64,000 bases of DNA from an uncultured Actinomycetota bacterium (lineage in GTDB: Bacteria > Actinomycetota > Actinomycetes > JAHEKZ01): positions 127,763-191,762 of the forward strand of contig CAWGPZ010000009.1 in the NCBI GenBank assembly GCA_963824605.1, read 5' to 3'. Position 1 is the first letter of the stretch. Every line of letters starts with the position of its first letter. The notes below the pieces were generated by a model, which saw only the letters and a list, made by a program, of their open reading frames with translations, had not been told where the DNA came from and made no database searches. The position numbers were made by a program, and so were the translations under genes. Positions 29,576 through 40,440 of this stretch are shown in pieces.

Positions 29576-31180
29576 GTGGCCAACGAACGGTTCCAGACGC
29601 CCGAAGCAGAGGCACTGCGCAGACACCAGCGCGACGTCAGTGACGTTCACCTGCGTGACGCCCTCACCGATCCCGCTCGACCCGGGGCGATGACCCTGGC
29701 GGTCGGTCCACTCACGGTCGACTTCTCACGCATGCTCGGAGGGCCCGAAACGCTCGAGCTCCTGGGCGCATTGGCCGTGGCGCTTGACGTGCCCGCGCAA
29801 ATGAAGGCGATGGCCTCAGGCGCAGAGGTGAACACGACTGAGCACCGCGCCGCCCTGCACACGGCCCTGCGAGCCGATCCCCGGCAACCGATCATGGTCA
29901 CCGGCGAGGACGTCATGCCAGAAGTCCGAGGGACGGCGGACGCTGTCAGCGACTACGTCGAGTCGGTGACTTCCGGCAAGCGTTGCGGCGCCGACGGAGA
30001 CCGAATCTCCGATGTCGTCGTCATCGGAATCGGTGGTTCAGACCTCGGACCCCGAATGATCACCGCCGCCACTCGCGCACACCACACCGGACATGTGCGC
30101 GTCCACTTCGTGGCGAACGTAGACCCGGCCGAGCTGGACACCGTTCTGGCACCGCTGCAAGCGGCGTCCACGCTGGTCGTCGTGATCTCCAAGACCTTCA
30201 CGACGGTCGAGACACTCGCCAACGCCAAGGCAGCACGCGCTTGGCTGCTCAGCTCCGTAGGAGAAGAGGGGATCGCCCATCACCTCTGCGCAGTAACCAC
30301 CGCGGTAGAAGCAGCTGCCGCGTTCGGGGTCCCCGCGGACGCGGTGTTCGGCTTTCGCGACTGGGTGGGCGGCCGATTCTCACTCGCTTCGGCGGTGGGT
30401 ATCGGTATCGAGTTCGCGATCGGGCGTGAAGGCATGCAAGCGATGCGCGACGGCATGCGGTCGGTCGACGAGGGCTTCCTCACCGATCCACCCGAACGAA
30501 ACGCCGCGCTGCTACTTGGCATGCTCGACGTCTGGTACGGGGAGTACTTCGGCACAGCGACCAAGGCAGTGATCCCATACGCCCAAGACCTCGCCCTTCT
30601 GCCGAGCCACCTTCAACAGCTGCAGATGGAGAGCAACGGCAAGTCCGTCACGACTCAGGGTGATCCCGTCTCGTGGCCGACCTCGCCCATCGTGTGGGGC
30701 GCACCAGGGACGAACGGACAGCACGCCTTCTTCCAGCTGCTGCATCAGGGAACCCACCTGGTTCCTGTCGATCTGATCGGCGTCCGCTCGATCCAGGGCG
30801 GCGAACGAGCAGAGCTTCTGCAGGCAAACCTGCTGGCCCAGGCCGCTGCGCTCGCACTCGGACGCACCGCAGACTCATTGCGCGAGTCCGGAACCCCTGC
30901 AGAACTGATTCCGCACAAGGTGATGGCCGGAGACCGCCCCAGCACCTTGATCTGGATCCCCGACCTCAGTCCCTTGAGCGTGGGGGCGCTCGTGGCCCTC
31001 TACGAGAGCGCCACCGTCGTCTCAGGGATGGCCTGGGGCATCAACCCCTTCGACCAGTGGGGCGTCGAGCGCGGCAAAGAGCTGGCGAGCGCGCTCCTGC
31101 CTGCGGTGACCGGCGGCGCGACACCACCAGGGACGGACGAATCCACCGTTGCCTCGGTTGGCCACCTGCGCGGCACCTGA
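29576..31180 (+). CDS. pgi: Glucose-6-phosphate isomerase
   Basis: GIGGSDLG, SKTFTT, DWVGGRFS, QQLQMESNGK, GQHAF, FDQWGVE. Confidence 0.95.
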   Translation: MANERFQTPEAEALRRHQRDVSDVHLRDALTDPARPGAMTLAVGPLTVDFSRMLGGPETLELLGALAVALDVPAQMKAMASGAEVNTTEHRAALHTALRADPRQPIMVTGEDVMPEVRGTADAVSDYVESVTSGKRCGADGDRISDVVVIGIGGSDLGPRMITAATRAHHTGHVRVHFVANVDPAELDTVLAPLQAASTLVVVISKTFTTVETLANAKAARAWLLSSVGEEGIAHHLCAVTTAVEAAAAFGVPADAVFGFRDWVGGRFSLASAVGIGIEFAIGREGMQAMRDGMRSVDEGFLTDPPERNAALLLGMLDVWYGEYFGTATKAVIPYAQDLALLPSHLQQLQMESNGKSVTTQGDPVSWPTSPIVWGAPGTNGQHAFFQLLHQGTHLVPVDLIGVRSIQGGERAELLQANLLAQAAALALGRTADSLRESGTPAELIPHKVMAGDRPSTLIWIPDLSPLSVGALVALYESATVVSGMAWGINPFDQWGVERGKELASALLPAVTGGATPPGTDESTVASVGHLRGT

Positions 31181-31281
31181 GCCGGCCAGGGCATTCACGC
31201 CTGACGCACTCAGGTCTCTGCGCCACCGCCGAGTGAGCACTCGACGCGCCTGGAGCGCAACCAGGTGAGCACTCGGCAGGA

Positions 31282-33073
31282 CTAGTTGTTGTTGTCGCCG
31301 CCCGCCGCCGCCGCCAGACTGGTTGCCTGGTTTGTCGTTGGGCTTGTCAGACTTCTTCGGTTCATTCTGCTTGTCGGGCTTGGGCGCGCAGACCACGGTC
31401 GCCGCGGCGTCGTAGGAGGTGCGCAGCGGCTCGCGCCGCTCTACCTCACCGTTTCTCCTCCACACCCGCACCACGGTGATGTCGAACCCGTCCACACCCG
31501 CCTGCGCCACGCACTCGTCAGTCGTGTCGTAGACAGTTCCTGGCGTCCGGGGGTTCTCGCGTGGACCGAAGACGGCACCGATGTCCCAGTACTTCGTGCT
31601 CCACATCGTCGTGGTCACGGAGGTGTCGGTCACCGATGCGGTGATGTAGACGCCGTACGGAGTGTCGTTGCGGAACTTGAGGTCAAGGTTGCCCCACGAA
31701 ACCGTTGCCTCGAGACCTGCGGTGTACCGCGAGATCCAGTAGCTGTGGGCACGCTGCTCCAGCCTGGTCATGCCTGCGAAGAAGGCTGTGTGCCACATCG
31801 ACGTCGTGATCGTCGACACGGCACCGCCGTAGTCCTCGACGAGGCGTCCGTCCTGGATCACGAAACCTTCGACAAAGCCGTTCTCGGGTGTTCTCTCACC
31901 CACGACGCCGTTGAGGCTGAAGGTCTCACCGGGTTCGAGAATCGTTCCGTTGATGGAGTTCGCGGCGACGCCGATGTTCGTCACCCGGTAGGCGGCATAG
32001 GGGAAGTCCTGGGTGAACGTCGAGATCACCTCGCGCACGCCCAGCTTTCGGGCTTCGGCAGTGGTCAGCTCTGGTTCGACCCTCGTGAGATCAAGCGTGG
32101 CCGTGCGGGTGGACGAGGCCAATGCCTCGATCATGCCGAGCTCGAGCGCCTCATCATCGACACCCCGGCCCGTGCGGGCCTGCACCACCTTCGGGCTCCC
32201 CGAGGAGACGTTGAAGGTGGCATCGACCGCCGGGCTGCCCACCTCTTCAAGGGGCTCAGCCAACAGCTCGCGCAAGACAGGAACGTCGATCTCAGGTCTC
32301 AGCTCACCGGCCTTTGCCCGGTACGAGAGTGCCGCAGCAATCTGACGACGGGAAACCGTGAGGTCCGTACGGCCCATGCTCAGCGTGAGGGGCTTCGCGA
32401 TGGCCTCCTCCGCGTCGGTCGAAGCGAAGAGCTCCACTTCATCGGCCGAGACCTCGGGCACCACGGGCTCCACCGGCAGAGCCACCGGTTCGTCACTCAT
32501 CAGGTAGGCATCGACGATCGTCGAGGCAGCCTGACCGCGATCGAGCGCGTTCCCCGAGCGCGGCTCGATGACCACGACCGAGAGTCCGTCGTACTCGATG
32601 CGGGGCTGGCGCGGTGGGTCATCGACCCGGCGCGCCATCGAGCGCACTGCCCGGTCAAGCTGTTCCTGATCGACTTCGACGTCAGGCTCAAGGGACTGCC
32701 CGCCCACTTGTCCCACGAGTGCCTGGGGAGCGGCGGTCCGACGCGGAATGGCCGCAACGGTTGATACCGGATCGAAACCCAGTCCCAGCTGCTCGGCCGG
32801 GTACTCACGGACCGCGCCCTGCACGTCGACGGTCATCGCAACGGCACGATCGCTGAGCTCGTCGTTGAGTGTCTGCACGGCCTCGTCGTCAGACATGCCG
32901 CCGATATCGACGCCTGCGACCGTTGTGCCCCGAGGGATGCCTCCGCCGACCCAGGCGAAGGCCGCGAAGTAGGCGAGGAGCACCACAACCACCAGGCCGC
33001 CCGCGGTGACAGCCAAGAGCCGTCGAGTTCCCCCGAGACGACTCGAGGAAGCGTCCGGCGTGACCTCAGTCAT
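31282..33073 (-). CDS. VanW family protein with peptidoglycan-binding repeats (probable frameshift in Gly tail)
   Basis: TM, RVTNI, PGETFSLN..VGERT, HSYWISRY..GLEAT, DLKFRN; removing one G gives GGGGGDNNN-stop at 31282. Confidence 0.82.
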
Positions 33074-33575
33074 GGTCGCCGGCCGCGCCAAGCGAGCGAT
33101 AGCCCCTGCGGAAGTAGAGAAGTGGTTCAGGCAACGGGGGCACGGCGATCTCCAGCTCGGCGACTTCACCGACCACAATGTCGTGATCGCCGGCCTGGCG
33201 CACGTCGAAGGTGTGGCATTCCATGGCCGCGAGGGCTCCGTCGATCCAGGCAACGCCGTGTCGCGGCGAACGATGGTGGCCGGACCGCTTCAGCTGCCCC
33301 TCCAACGGGCGCCCCTTGGTGGCGAACCAGCGCGAAGTCTGCTCAGCATCTGCGGGAAGAATCGACACTCCCCATGCGTGCGCGGCGACGATCGCCTCAT
33401 GGAAACGTGACTCGCGCTCGACACTGACCAGGACGAGAAGAGGATCCAGGGACACCGAGGCAAAGGCGTTCGCGGTCATGGCGTGGTCGACACCGTCGAC
33501 CACGCAGGTGACGACAGTGATACCAGTGGCGAAGCGGCTGACCGCCTCACGGAACTCGTCAGGGGTCGGGGGCAC
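33066..33575 (-). CDS. Flavin reductase family protein
   Basis: FREAVSRFATGITVVT, SVSLDP, GDHDIVVG, PLLY. Confidence 0.9.
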   Translation of the reverse strand: MPPTPDEFREAVSRFATGITVVTCVVDGVDHAMTANAFASVSLDPLLVLVSVERESRFHEAIVAAHAWGVSILPADAEQTSRWFATKGRPLEGQLKRSGHHRSPRHGVAWIDGALAAMECHTFDVRQAGDHDIVVGEVAELEIAVPPLPEPLLYFRRGYRSLGAAGDHD

Positions 33576-33601
33576 GTCAAAACCCTAACCCGGCGTTCCG
33601 G

Positions 33602-34561
33602 CTAGTACGCCTGGGCTCCCGCGTATCGGGCGTTCGCGACCACGATTCCGGCTGGCGAGCTGACCAGACGCAAGGTGTTGAGCGAGGTCTCACCGAAGGC
33701 ATTGGCCCTGGCGCTGGACAGAGCGAGGACACCGATCATCCGCCCTCCTGCCTTGAGCGGCATGGACAGGAAGGTCGCCATCTCGCCTTCGTCCTCCGCA
33801 CCGAGGTAGCCCTCCGGGTCAGCCACCCTCGCCTGCAGATCGCCGACCGCGACGTCGACACCCGTGCTGTCAGTGGCGGCATCAGCGAGCGCGTCGAAGA
33901 ACTCGGAGTACTGCTGCTGTGACGTCTCCCGCGAGACGCGGATGTAGGTAGACCGGTCATCGAGCATCAGGACGGACGCCAGGTCGTAGTCGACCACTCG
34001 GCTGAGAACGTCGAGCACCTCGGCAATCGTCTCTTCGAACCCATGCACTCCGGAAGCGATCTGAGTGACCTCAGACGCCAGCGACGACTCAAAGAGCTTG
34101 CGGTCGAGCAGGTCGCTCACGCTGCCGAAGACATCGTCGTCCTGCATGTCGACGGGGTCGGGGCGCAGCGGCGGCCGTCCGCCACGAGCAGCGTCGGCCG
34201 CGCTGAGCACCTCGTGCACGGCCTCGACGAGCTGCGGGGCCTCGAAGTCCTTGGTCAGAAAGCGGTCAGCACCCGCCTGCGCTCCCCAGTAGCGGTCACT
34301 AGCGGCATCGAGCGAGGTCAGAAGCAGGATTGGGATGTCGGCCGTCCGCCAGTCGTCCTTGAGCAGTCTCGCTGTCACGTAGCCGGAGACCCTTGGCATC
34401 TGGACATCGAGCACGACGGCGTCTGGCATGTGCCGAAACACGAGTTGGACAGCTTCGACGCCGTCCTCTGCTTGAACGACGGTGTAGCCCTCTCGCTCCA
34501 GGACCGTCGAGACGATCCGACGCAGGGTAGGGCTGTCGTCGGCAATGACCACCGTCGGCAT
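33602..34561 (-). CDS. Response regulator, REC + GAF domain
   Basis: ADDS, LDVQMP phospho-Asp, LTS, FLTK; C-terminal GAF-like MPL..IGVLAL. Confidence 0.85.
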   Translation of the reverse strand: MPTVVIADDSPTLRRIVSTVLEREGYTVVQAEDGVEAVQLVFRHMPDAVVLDVQMPRVSGYVTARLLKDDWRTADIPILLLTSLDAASDRYWGAQAGADRFLTKDFEAPQLVEAVHEVLSAADAARGGRPPLRPDPVDMQDDDVFGSVSDLLDRKLFESSLASEVTQIASGVHGFEETIAEVLDVLSRVVDYDLASVLMLDDRSTYIRVSRETSQQQYSEFFDALADAATDSTGVDVAVGDLQARVADPEGYLGAEDEGEMATFLSMPLKAGGRMIGVLALSSARANAFGETSLNTLRLVSSPAGIVVANARYAGAQAY

Positions 34562-34646
34562 CTCGCGTCCTCTCTCTTTCGCTCATCGAGAACTTCGGTC
34601 GAAAGACCCCCTGACTTAACGGGTTCGGTCCCGCCGGCCTGCCCGC

Positions 34647-36854
34647 CTACCGCCCGACCAGCCGCCGCACCGTGTCGACGAGCTGAGACTGATCGAACTC
34701 GCTCTTGAGCAGATAGGCATTGGCCCCGGCATCGAGGCCAGCACGCTTGTCGGCGTCGTCGCCCCGCGAAGTCATGATGACGACGGGGACGCTCTCCCAC
34801 CCTCGGGTACGACGGATGGTCCTTGTCAACGTGAACCCATCCATACCGGGCATCTCCACGTCCGAGAGCACCAAGTCGACGGGGTCGCCGCTGAGGCGCG
34901 CCGCGCCGTCGCTGCCGTCGACTGCCGTCACGACGTCGTAGCCGGCTCCCTCGAGGATCACCCGCTGCAGTTCACGAACCCCGATCGAGTCTTCGACCAC
35001 CATCACGCGCGCCCGTCCAGTGGCAAGCCGGCCGGTCCGCTCGGGAATCACCGGGTCAGCGATGCCGTCGGCCGTCTGAGGAGTGGTGGGAGCATCGAGG
35101 GCGACGCCTCGCGCGTGCTGCTCGACCGCCATTTCCCGAACGTCAAGCAGCAACATCACACTGCCGTCGTTGGCGATCGTGCCTCCACCGATGAACGGCG
35201 GCCTTCCGAGGAAGCCCCCCAAGTCCTTGACGACGACTTCGAGTTCTCCCTCGAGCTCGTCGACCGCCCAAGCAAGCTGCTCTGACACGCCCCCATACCG
35301 GACGACCACACCAACCTTCGTCTCGCGGTCACCGTGCACACCAAGAGCGCTGCCAAGATCAGCGAGCGGGATGGTCGAACCGTGCCGGACAAGAACCGCC
35401 GCCCCTGCAACGGTGGAGGTCTCGACATCGCTCAGGCTGATGGTCTCGACGACATTGGTGACGGGGACGGCATAGCGCTCGCTGCCGAGCCGAGCCACCA
35501 GACACCGCATCACGCCCAGCGTGACGGGAAGCGTCATGATGAAACTCGTACCCTCACCCAGGGTGCTCTCGATCTCAATCGTCCCACCGAGGTCCTCAAC
35601 GGCTGTCCGCACGACATCGAGTCCGACTCCACGGCCCGACGTCGAGGTGACCTCATCGCGGGTACTGAACCCGGGCGCGAAGAGCACCGACATCAGAGCC
35701 TGACCCGTGACCTGCGTATCGGCGGTCAACAGTCCTCGTTCGATCGCTGAGAGCCGTAGCGCCTCCTCGTCGATCCCGTAGCCGTCGTCCGCGACCTCAA
35801 TGACGATCGTTGAGCCTGCGGCCCTTGCGGAGACCGTCACGGTGGCCTGGGCCGGCTTGCCGGCCGCAAGACGCTCGGAGGGAGTTTCACAGCCATGGTC
35901 GATGGCATTGGTCACGAGGTGACGCAGAGCATCGGCAACACCGTCGAGGACACGCGTATCGAGCTCGATGTCCTCGCCGATCAGTCGCAACCGAACATCT
36001 TTGGCGGTCGAACCCGCTACCTCGCGCACCAGCTGCGGGAAGGCTGCAAACACCCGTCGAGCCGGGACCATGGCCAGGCCCATCGCGCCGTCACGTACTT
36101 GCCCGAGGCCGTTCTGAGCATCTTCCATCGAGCCACGCATCTCGCGCGCCGCCGCCTGCAACTGGTCGCCGAGTGCCACCAGACTGTGCACGTTCTCGGC
36201 CACCTCGGACGGAACCGAGGCATCAGTTGCCGTCACCTGACGGAGGGCTCGGACGATGCGAACGTGTTCGGCCGCGAGACCGGTCAGCTCCAGAACGCCT
36301 TGTTCAACCCGACGCACCTCGAGCTCAGCCTCACCCACGACGTCCAAGAGGTCGTGGACACGTCGAACCGGTACGCGGACAGACTCGCCCGTCTTGGCTC
36401 TACCCCTGCCGTCGCTCTCGACCTCCTCCTCGGCGGCGGACAGTCGCGGAGTCTCCACAGGGTTCTTTCCATCGAGCGCATGGTCAAGGGCAGCGACCAC
36501 CTGGGCAAGATCATCGTCGCTGATCGCCCTGGCTGCTCCGGGCAGTCCCCGGCGAATGCCCTCCGCGGACGCGAGGAGGAGGTCGACGAGATCGCGGCGC
36601 GGCTCGAATCGGCCGTCCTTGATCGCGGTCAGTACATCCTCGGCGCGGTGGGCCAGCTCGACGACGTTGTCGAGGCCCCACATGGTGGCGCTGCCTTTGA
36701 CGGTGTGCGCATCGCGTGCAAGTTCCCTGATGAGCTGTCGGGGCTGCGGATGATTCTCGAGCTTCAGGAGCCCATCGCAGAGCGAGGCAAGACGGTCTTC
36801 GACTTCCTGTCTGAAGGTCGCCACCAGCTCGGGGTCATCGGCCCAGCTGCTCAT
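34647..36854 (-). CDS. cheA: Hybrid chemotaxis histidine kinase CheA (Hpt-dimer-HATPase-CheW-REC)
   Basis: AHTVKG Hpt, [32 protein letters not shown], CheW-like P5, C-terminal SDVEMP receiver. Confidence 0.93.
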   Translation of the reverse strand: MSSWADDPELVATFRQEVEDRLASLCDGLLKLENHPQPRQLIRELARDAHTVKGSATMWGLDNVVELAHRAEDVLTAIKDGRFEPRRDLVDLLLASAEGIRRGLPGAARAISDDDLAQVVAALDHALDGKNPVETPRLSAAEEEVESDGRGRAKTGESVRVPVRRVHDLLDVVGEAELEVRRVEQGVLELTGLAAEHVRIVRALRQVTATDASVPSEVAENVHSLVALGDQLQAAAREMRGSMEDAQNGLGQVRDGAMGLAMVPARRVFAAFPQLVREVAGSTAKDVRLRLIGEDIELDTRVLDGVADALRHLVTNAIDHGCETPSERLAAGKPAQATVTVSARAAGSTIVIEVADDGYGIDEEALRLSAIERGLLTADTQVTGQALMSVLFAPGFSTRDEVTSTSGRGVGLDVVRTAVEDLGGTIEIESTLGEGTSFIMTLPVTLGVMRCLVARLGSERYAVPVTNVVETISLSDVETSTVAGAAVLVRHGSTIPLADLGSALGVHGDRETKVGVVVRYGGVSEQLAWAVDELEGELEVVVKDLGGFLGRPPFIGGGTIANDGSVMLLLDVREMAVEQHARGVALDAPTTPQTADGIADPVIPERTGRLATGRARVMVVEDSIGVRELQRVILEGAGYDVVTAVDGSDGAARLSGDPVDLVLSDVEMPGMDGFTLTRTIRRTRGWESVPVVIMTSRGDDADKRAGLDAGANAYLLKSEFDQSQLVDTVRRLVGR

Positions 36855-38731
36855 GCGTTCACCAGTTCCTCTGCCGTTCCTGCAAGTGCTGTGTCTGTGC
36901 CTTCGTGATCGGTGGTCTTGAATTGGGCGATGGAGGCGCGGAGGTCGCCTGCGAGGGAGTTCAGCTCGGTAGCAGCAGCCGCCGCCTGCTTGGACCCCAC
37001 CGCATACTGCCGCGACACATCAGCGACCTGACCCATCGCCGACACCACCTGCTCAGACGCCGAACGCTGCTGCTGCGTCGCAATACTGATCTCCTTCGCA
37101 GCCGTCGTCGTCTCATCCACCATCCCCGAAATCCGCTCCAACGCCCCCACCACATCCCGCGCCAACGCAGACCCCGCATGAACCTCCCGCGACCCCTCCT
37201 CAGAAGCCAAAATCGTCGCGTTCGTCTCCGCCTGAATCTGCGTCACAATCGACTGGATCTGACCAGCAGACTCCTGCGACCGCTCCGCCAGCTTCCGAAT
37301 CTCCGCAGCGACCACCGCAAACCCACGCCCATGCTCACCCGCACGAGCCGCCTCAATCGCCGCATTCAACGCCAACAAGTTCGTCTGATCAGCCAACTCA
37401 TCAATCACCTGCAAAATCCGGCCGATCTCCTGACCCTTCTCCCCCAATCCCAACGCCCGAGAAGCAATCTGATCCACCCGCGACGAAATCTGATCCATCG
37501 CATCCACAGACGCCGACACCGCCACCCGACCCTGCTCAGCAAACCCCAAAGTCTCCGAAGCAAACGACGCCACCTGCTCAGCCGTCTCAGCAATCTGAGC
37601 CGCCGTCGCCGCCAACTCCTCAATCGTCGCCGACGTCTCCGACACCGCAGACGACTGCTCAGACGCAGCCGCAGCCTGCTCACGAGCAGCCACCAACACC
37701 TGAGAAGCAGACACCCCAATCTGCTCCCCACCCACCCGCACCCGAGACACCAAACCCCGCAACGACCCCAACGTGTGATCGAAGGACTGTGCAAGCGCCA
37801 CGAGGTACTCGGTGCGTTCGAATCCGAACTCGTTCTCTTCATCCAGGGTCACAAGATTGATCTGAGTGGTCAGGTCTCCTTGCGAAGCCGCCGTAAGCGC
37901 CTCTGACAGCTGACGCACCTGGTCGACCAGATGGGCCTGATCCCAACCCGCGCCCTCTGCCGTGTCGTAGAGCGACTTGCTCACACCACGCACAATCTGG
38001 AAGGCACCCGGGAGCCCGAGGCTCAACGCCAGGAGCAGAGTGACTGTGCTTGAGCCGGCGTCCAGGATCGTGCCCTCGGCAGCGAACTGAGTGGCGCTGG
38101 GCAAGACGAAAAGCAGTGCGAGGAGGACCCAGCCCAACCCGTAGACGAGAACGGTCCCGAGGTAGGCGAGAGCAACGACGACGGCCAGCCACTGGGCACT
38201 GCCGGCTCCACCCGTCCAGATCGCGGCGCTTGCCACCGCAAGAGTCTGCGCCATGCCGAGCCAGCCGTCCCAGACGTCCGTTCGCGAGTAGGTGTGCCGG
38301 CCACGGTAGGCACGGACTGCCAAGGTTGAGACCACCACTGCCAGGATGACACCGAGCGACCAGACGATCCACAGCTGAAAGGGGACTGCGGAGCCTTGTC
38401 CGAGGAAGTAGGTCATACCGAGCGCGATGCTGAACGCAACGAGACCGGCGTGCAGCGAGATGCTCTCCACCATGTTGCGGCGGGTGAACCTCAGCGACGC
38501 TCCCCCCGACTTGGTGCGGTCAATGGAGTCCAAGGCCGAGGTAAGCGCAGCGCTGGCCTCCGCTGACTGATGTGCGCTCACGTCTCCTCCATCAACGGCC
38601 ACAGTGACCGGTTCTTGGAGGTCATCGGCGTGCCCGGACACGGGCTGTAGCCCGTTTGGGGGACCGTGCAGCTCAGATCTGGGGCTGGGCCTCGTGCTCG
38701 ACCCTTCGCGCGGCAGGTCGGGGGTCGTCAC
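36851..38731 (-). CDS. Methyl-accepting chemotaxis protein 1
   Basis: Multi-TM N-terminus, HAMP-like [31 protein letters not shown]. Confidence 0.92.
   Translation of the reverse strand: MTTPDLPREGSSTRPSPRSELHGPPNGLQPVSGHADDLQEPVTVAVDGGDVSAHQSAEASAALTSALDSIDRTKSGGASLRFTRRNMVESISLHAGLVAFSIALGMTYFLGQGSAVPFQLWIVWSLGVILAVVVSTLAVRAYRGRHTYSRTDVWDGWLGMAQTLAVASAAIWTGGAGSAQWLAVVVALAYLGTVLVYGLGWVLLALLFVLPSATQFAAEGTILDAGSSTVTLLLALSLGLPGAFQIVRGVSKSLYDTAEGAGWDQAHLVDQVRQLSEALTAASQGDLTTQINLVTLDEENEFGFERTEYLVALAQSFDHTLGSLRGLVSRVRVGGEQIGVSASQVLVAAREQAAAASEQSSAVSETSATIEELAATAAQIAETAEQVASFASETLGFAEQGRVAVSASVDAMDQISSRVDQIASRALGLGEKGQEIGRILQVIDELADQTNLLALNAAIEAARAGEHGRGFAVVAAEIRKLAERSQESAGQIQSIVTQIQAETNATILASEEGSREVHAGSALARDVVGALERISGMVDETTTAAKEISIATQQQRSASEQVVSAMGQVADVSRQYAVGSKQAAAAATELNSLAGDLRASIAQFKTTDHEGTDTALAGTAEELVNA
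36919..37780. repeat. MCP signalling-domain repeat, copy 1 (862 bp)
   Basis: Matches 38741-39602 (offset 1822) and 40470-41331. Confidence 0.92.
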
Positions 38732-40313
38732 CGGAGTCCTTGAATTGGGCGATGGAGGCGCGGAGGTCGCCTGCGAGGGAGTTCAGCTCGGTAGCAGCAG
38801 CCGCCGCCTGCTTGGACCCCACCGCATACTGCCGCGACACATCAGCGACCTGACCCATCGCCGACACCACCTGCTCAGACGCCGAACGCTGCTGCTGCGT
38901 CGCAATACTGATCTCCTTCGCAGCCGTCGTCGTCTCATCCACCATCCCCGAAATCCGCTCCAACGCCCCCACCACATCCCGCGCCAACGCAGACCCCGCA
39001 TGAACCTCCCGCGACCCCTCCTCAGAAGCCAAAATCGTCGCGTTCGTCTCCGCCTGAATCTGCGTCACAATCGACTGGATCTGACCAGCAGACTCCTGCG
39101 ACCGCTCCGCCAGCTTCCGAATCTCCGCAGCGACCACCGCAAACCCACGCCCATGCTCACCCGCACGAGCCGCCTCAATCGCCGCATTCAACGCCAACAA
39201 GTTCGTCTGATCAGCCAACTCATCAATCACCTGCAAAATCCGGCCGATCTCCTGACCCTTCTCCCCCAATCCCAACGCCCGAGAAGCAATCTGATCCACC
39301 CGCGACGAAATCTGATCCATCGCATCCACAGACGCCGACACCGCCACCCGACCCTGCTCAGCAAACCCCAAAGTCTCCGAAGCAAACGACGCCACCTGCT
39401 CAGCCGTCTCAGCAATCTGAGCCGCCGTCGCCGCCAACTCCTCAATCGTCGCCGACGTCTCCGACACCGCAGACGACTGCTCAGACGCAGCCGCAGCCTG
39501 CTCACGAGCAGCCACCAACACCTGAGAAGCAGACACCCCAATCTGCTCCCCACCCACCCGCACCCGAGACACCAAACCCCGCAACGACCCCAACGTGTGA
39601 TCCAACCGTCCGGCCAGAGCGACCGTGCCCTCAGCCTGCAAAGTCAACGACGACATCTCTACCGCCAGATCGCCAGCAGCCACCTCATCAGCAGCACCCG
39701 ACATCGCCACCACATCAGACTCGACCGCATGCCGGGTCGCCTGCGCCTCAGCCTGCGCCCGGTACATGCTCATCGTCATCAGGTCAGTCACCGTCGCCAA
39801 CACAATCGCCAGCACAATCAACCCGATCCCACGAGCCGCACCCTCACCACCCCACGAATCCGTCACCACACCAGTGACCACCATGCCTGCGGCGATGAAC
39901 AGGCCAAGGAATCGCGCAACGATGCCGCCATAGACGCCACTCGCATAGGTGATCATCACCAAGGCAACGACGGGGACCGGACCAGCGAGTCCACCCGCAA
40001 AGACCCCGAAGGAGAGCGAGAGAATGAGGGTCACCGATGTGGTGGGCCGATCCCAACGATCGGTTTCTGCGAACGAGTCCCCCCGGGAAACCGCTCGATT
40101 GGCCAGGTAGCTGACAAGCACGACGTTGACCAGGAGCGCGGCATAGAGGCCGGCAAGAGCAGGCCAGTTGAAGTCCAGGAAGGGCTCGAACTTCGCCGTC
40201 GCCCAGATCAGAACTGGCGCGGCGAGCGCGACGCCCACATGCGATGCCACGGTCTCTAACCTGGAGCGCGAGGTGTACGGGATCTCGCTGTAGTCCACGT
40301 TGTCGGCAAACAC
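38673..40313 (-). CDS. Methyl-accepting chemotaxis protein 2
   Basis: GTG start after GAGGAGG; multi-TM; same signalling domain. Confidence 0.9.
   Translation of the reverse strand: MFADNVDYSEIPYTSRSRLETVASHVGVALAAPVLIWATAKFEPFLDFNWPALAGLYAALLVNVVLVSYLANRAVSRGDSFAETDRWDRPTTSVTLILSLSFGVFAGGLAGPVPVVALVMITYASGVYGGIVARFLGLFIAAGMVVTGVVTDSWGGEGAARGIGLIVLAIVLATVTDLMTMSMYRAQAEAQATRHAVESDVVAMSGAADEVAAGDLAVEMSSLTLQAEGTVALAGRLDHTLGSLRGLVSRVRVGGEQIGVSASQVLVAAREQAAAASEQSSAVSETSATIEELAATAAQIAETAEQVASFASETLGFAEQGRVAVSASVDAMDQISSRVDQIASRALGLGEKGQEIGRILQVIDELADQTNLLALNAAIEAARAGEHGRGFAVVAAEIRKLAERSQESAGQIQSIVTQIQAETNATILASEEGSREVHAGSALARDVVGALERISGMVDETTTAAKEISIATQQQRSASEQVVSAMGQVADVSRQYAVGSKQAAAAATELNSLAGDLRASIAQFKDSGDDPRPAARRVEHEAQPQI
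38741..39873. repeat. MCP repeat, copy 2 (1133 bp shared with copy 3)
   Basis: Matches 40470-41602 (offset 1729); only four substitutions spotted by eye. Confidence 0.92.
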
Positions 40314-40440
40314 GCTTCCGCGCCTCCTCGGTCCCAATAGGCAGTCAGTTCTGCTTCGGACAGTCACTGCCGGGCCTGTAGGCCGATCGGGTGGCAGTTC
40401 CATGACAGGAACTGCCTTGAGCCGCAGTGTTGACCTGGGG

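Noticed and set aside
31022-33253. 743-aa version of the VanW gene as a vancomycin-resistance locus
   Set aside because: Extensions overlap pgi and the flavin reductase; no vanHAX/RS genes; VanW-like proteins are widespread
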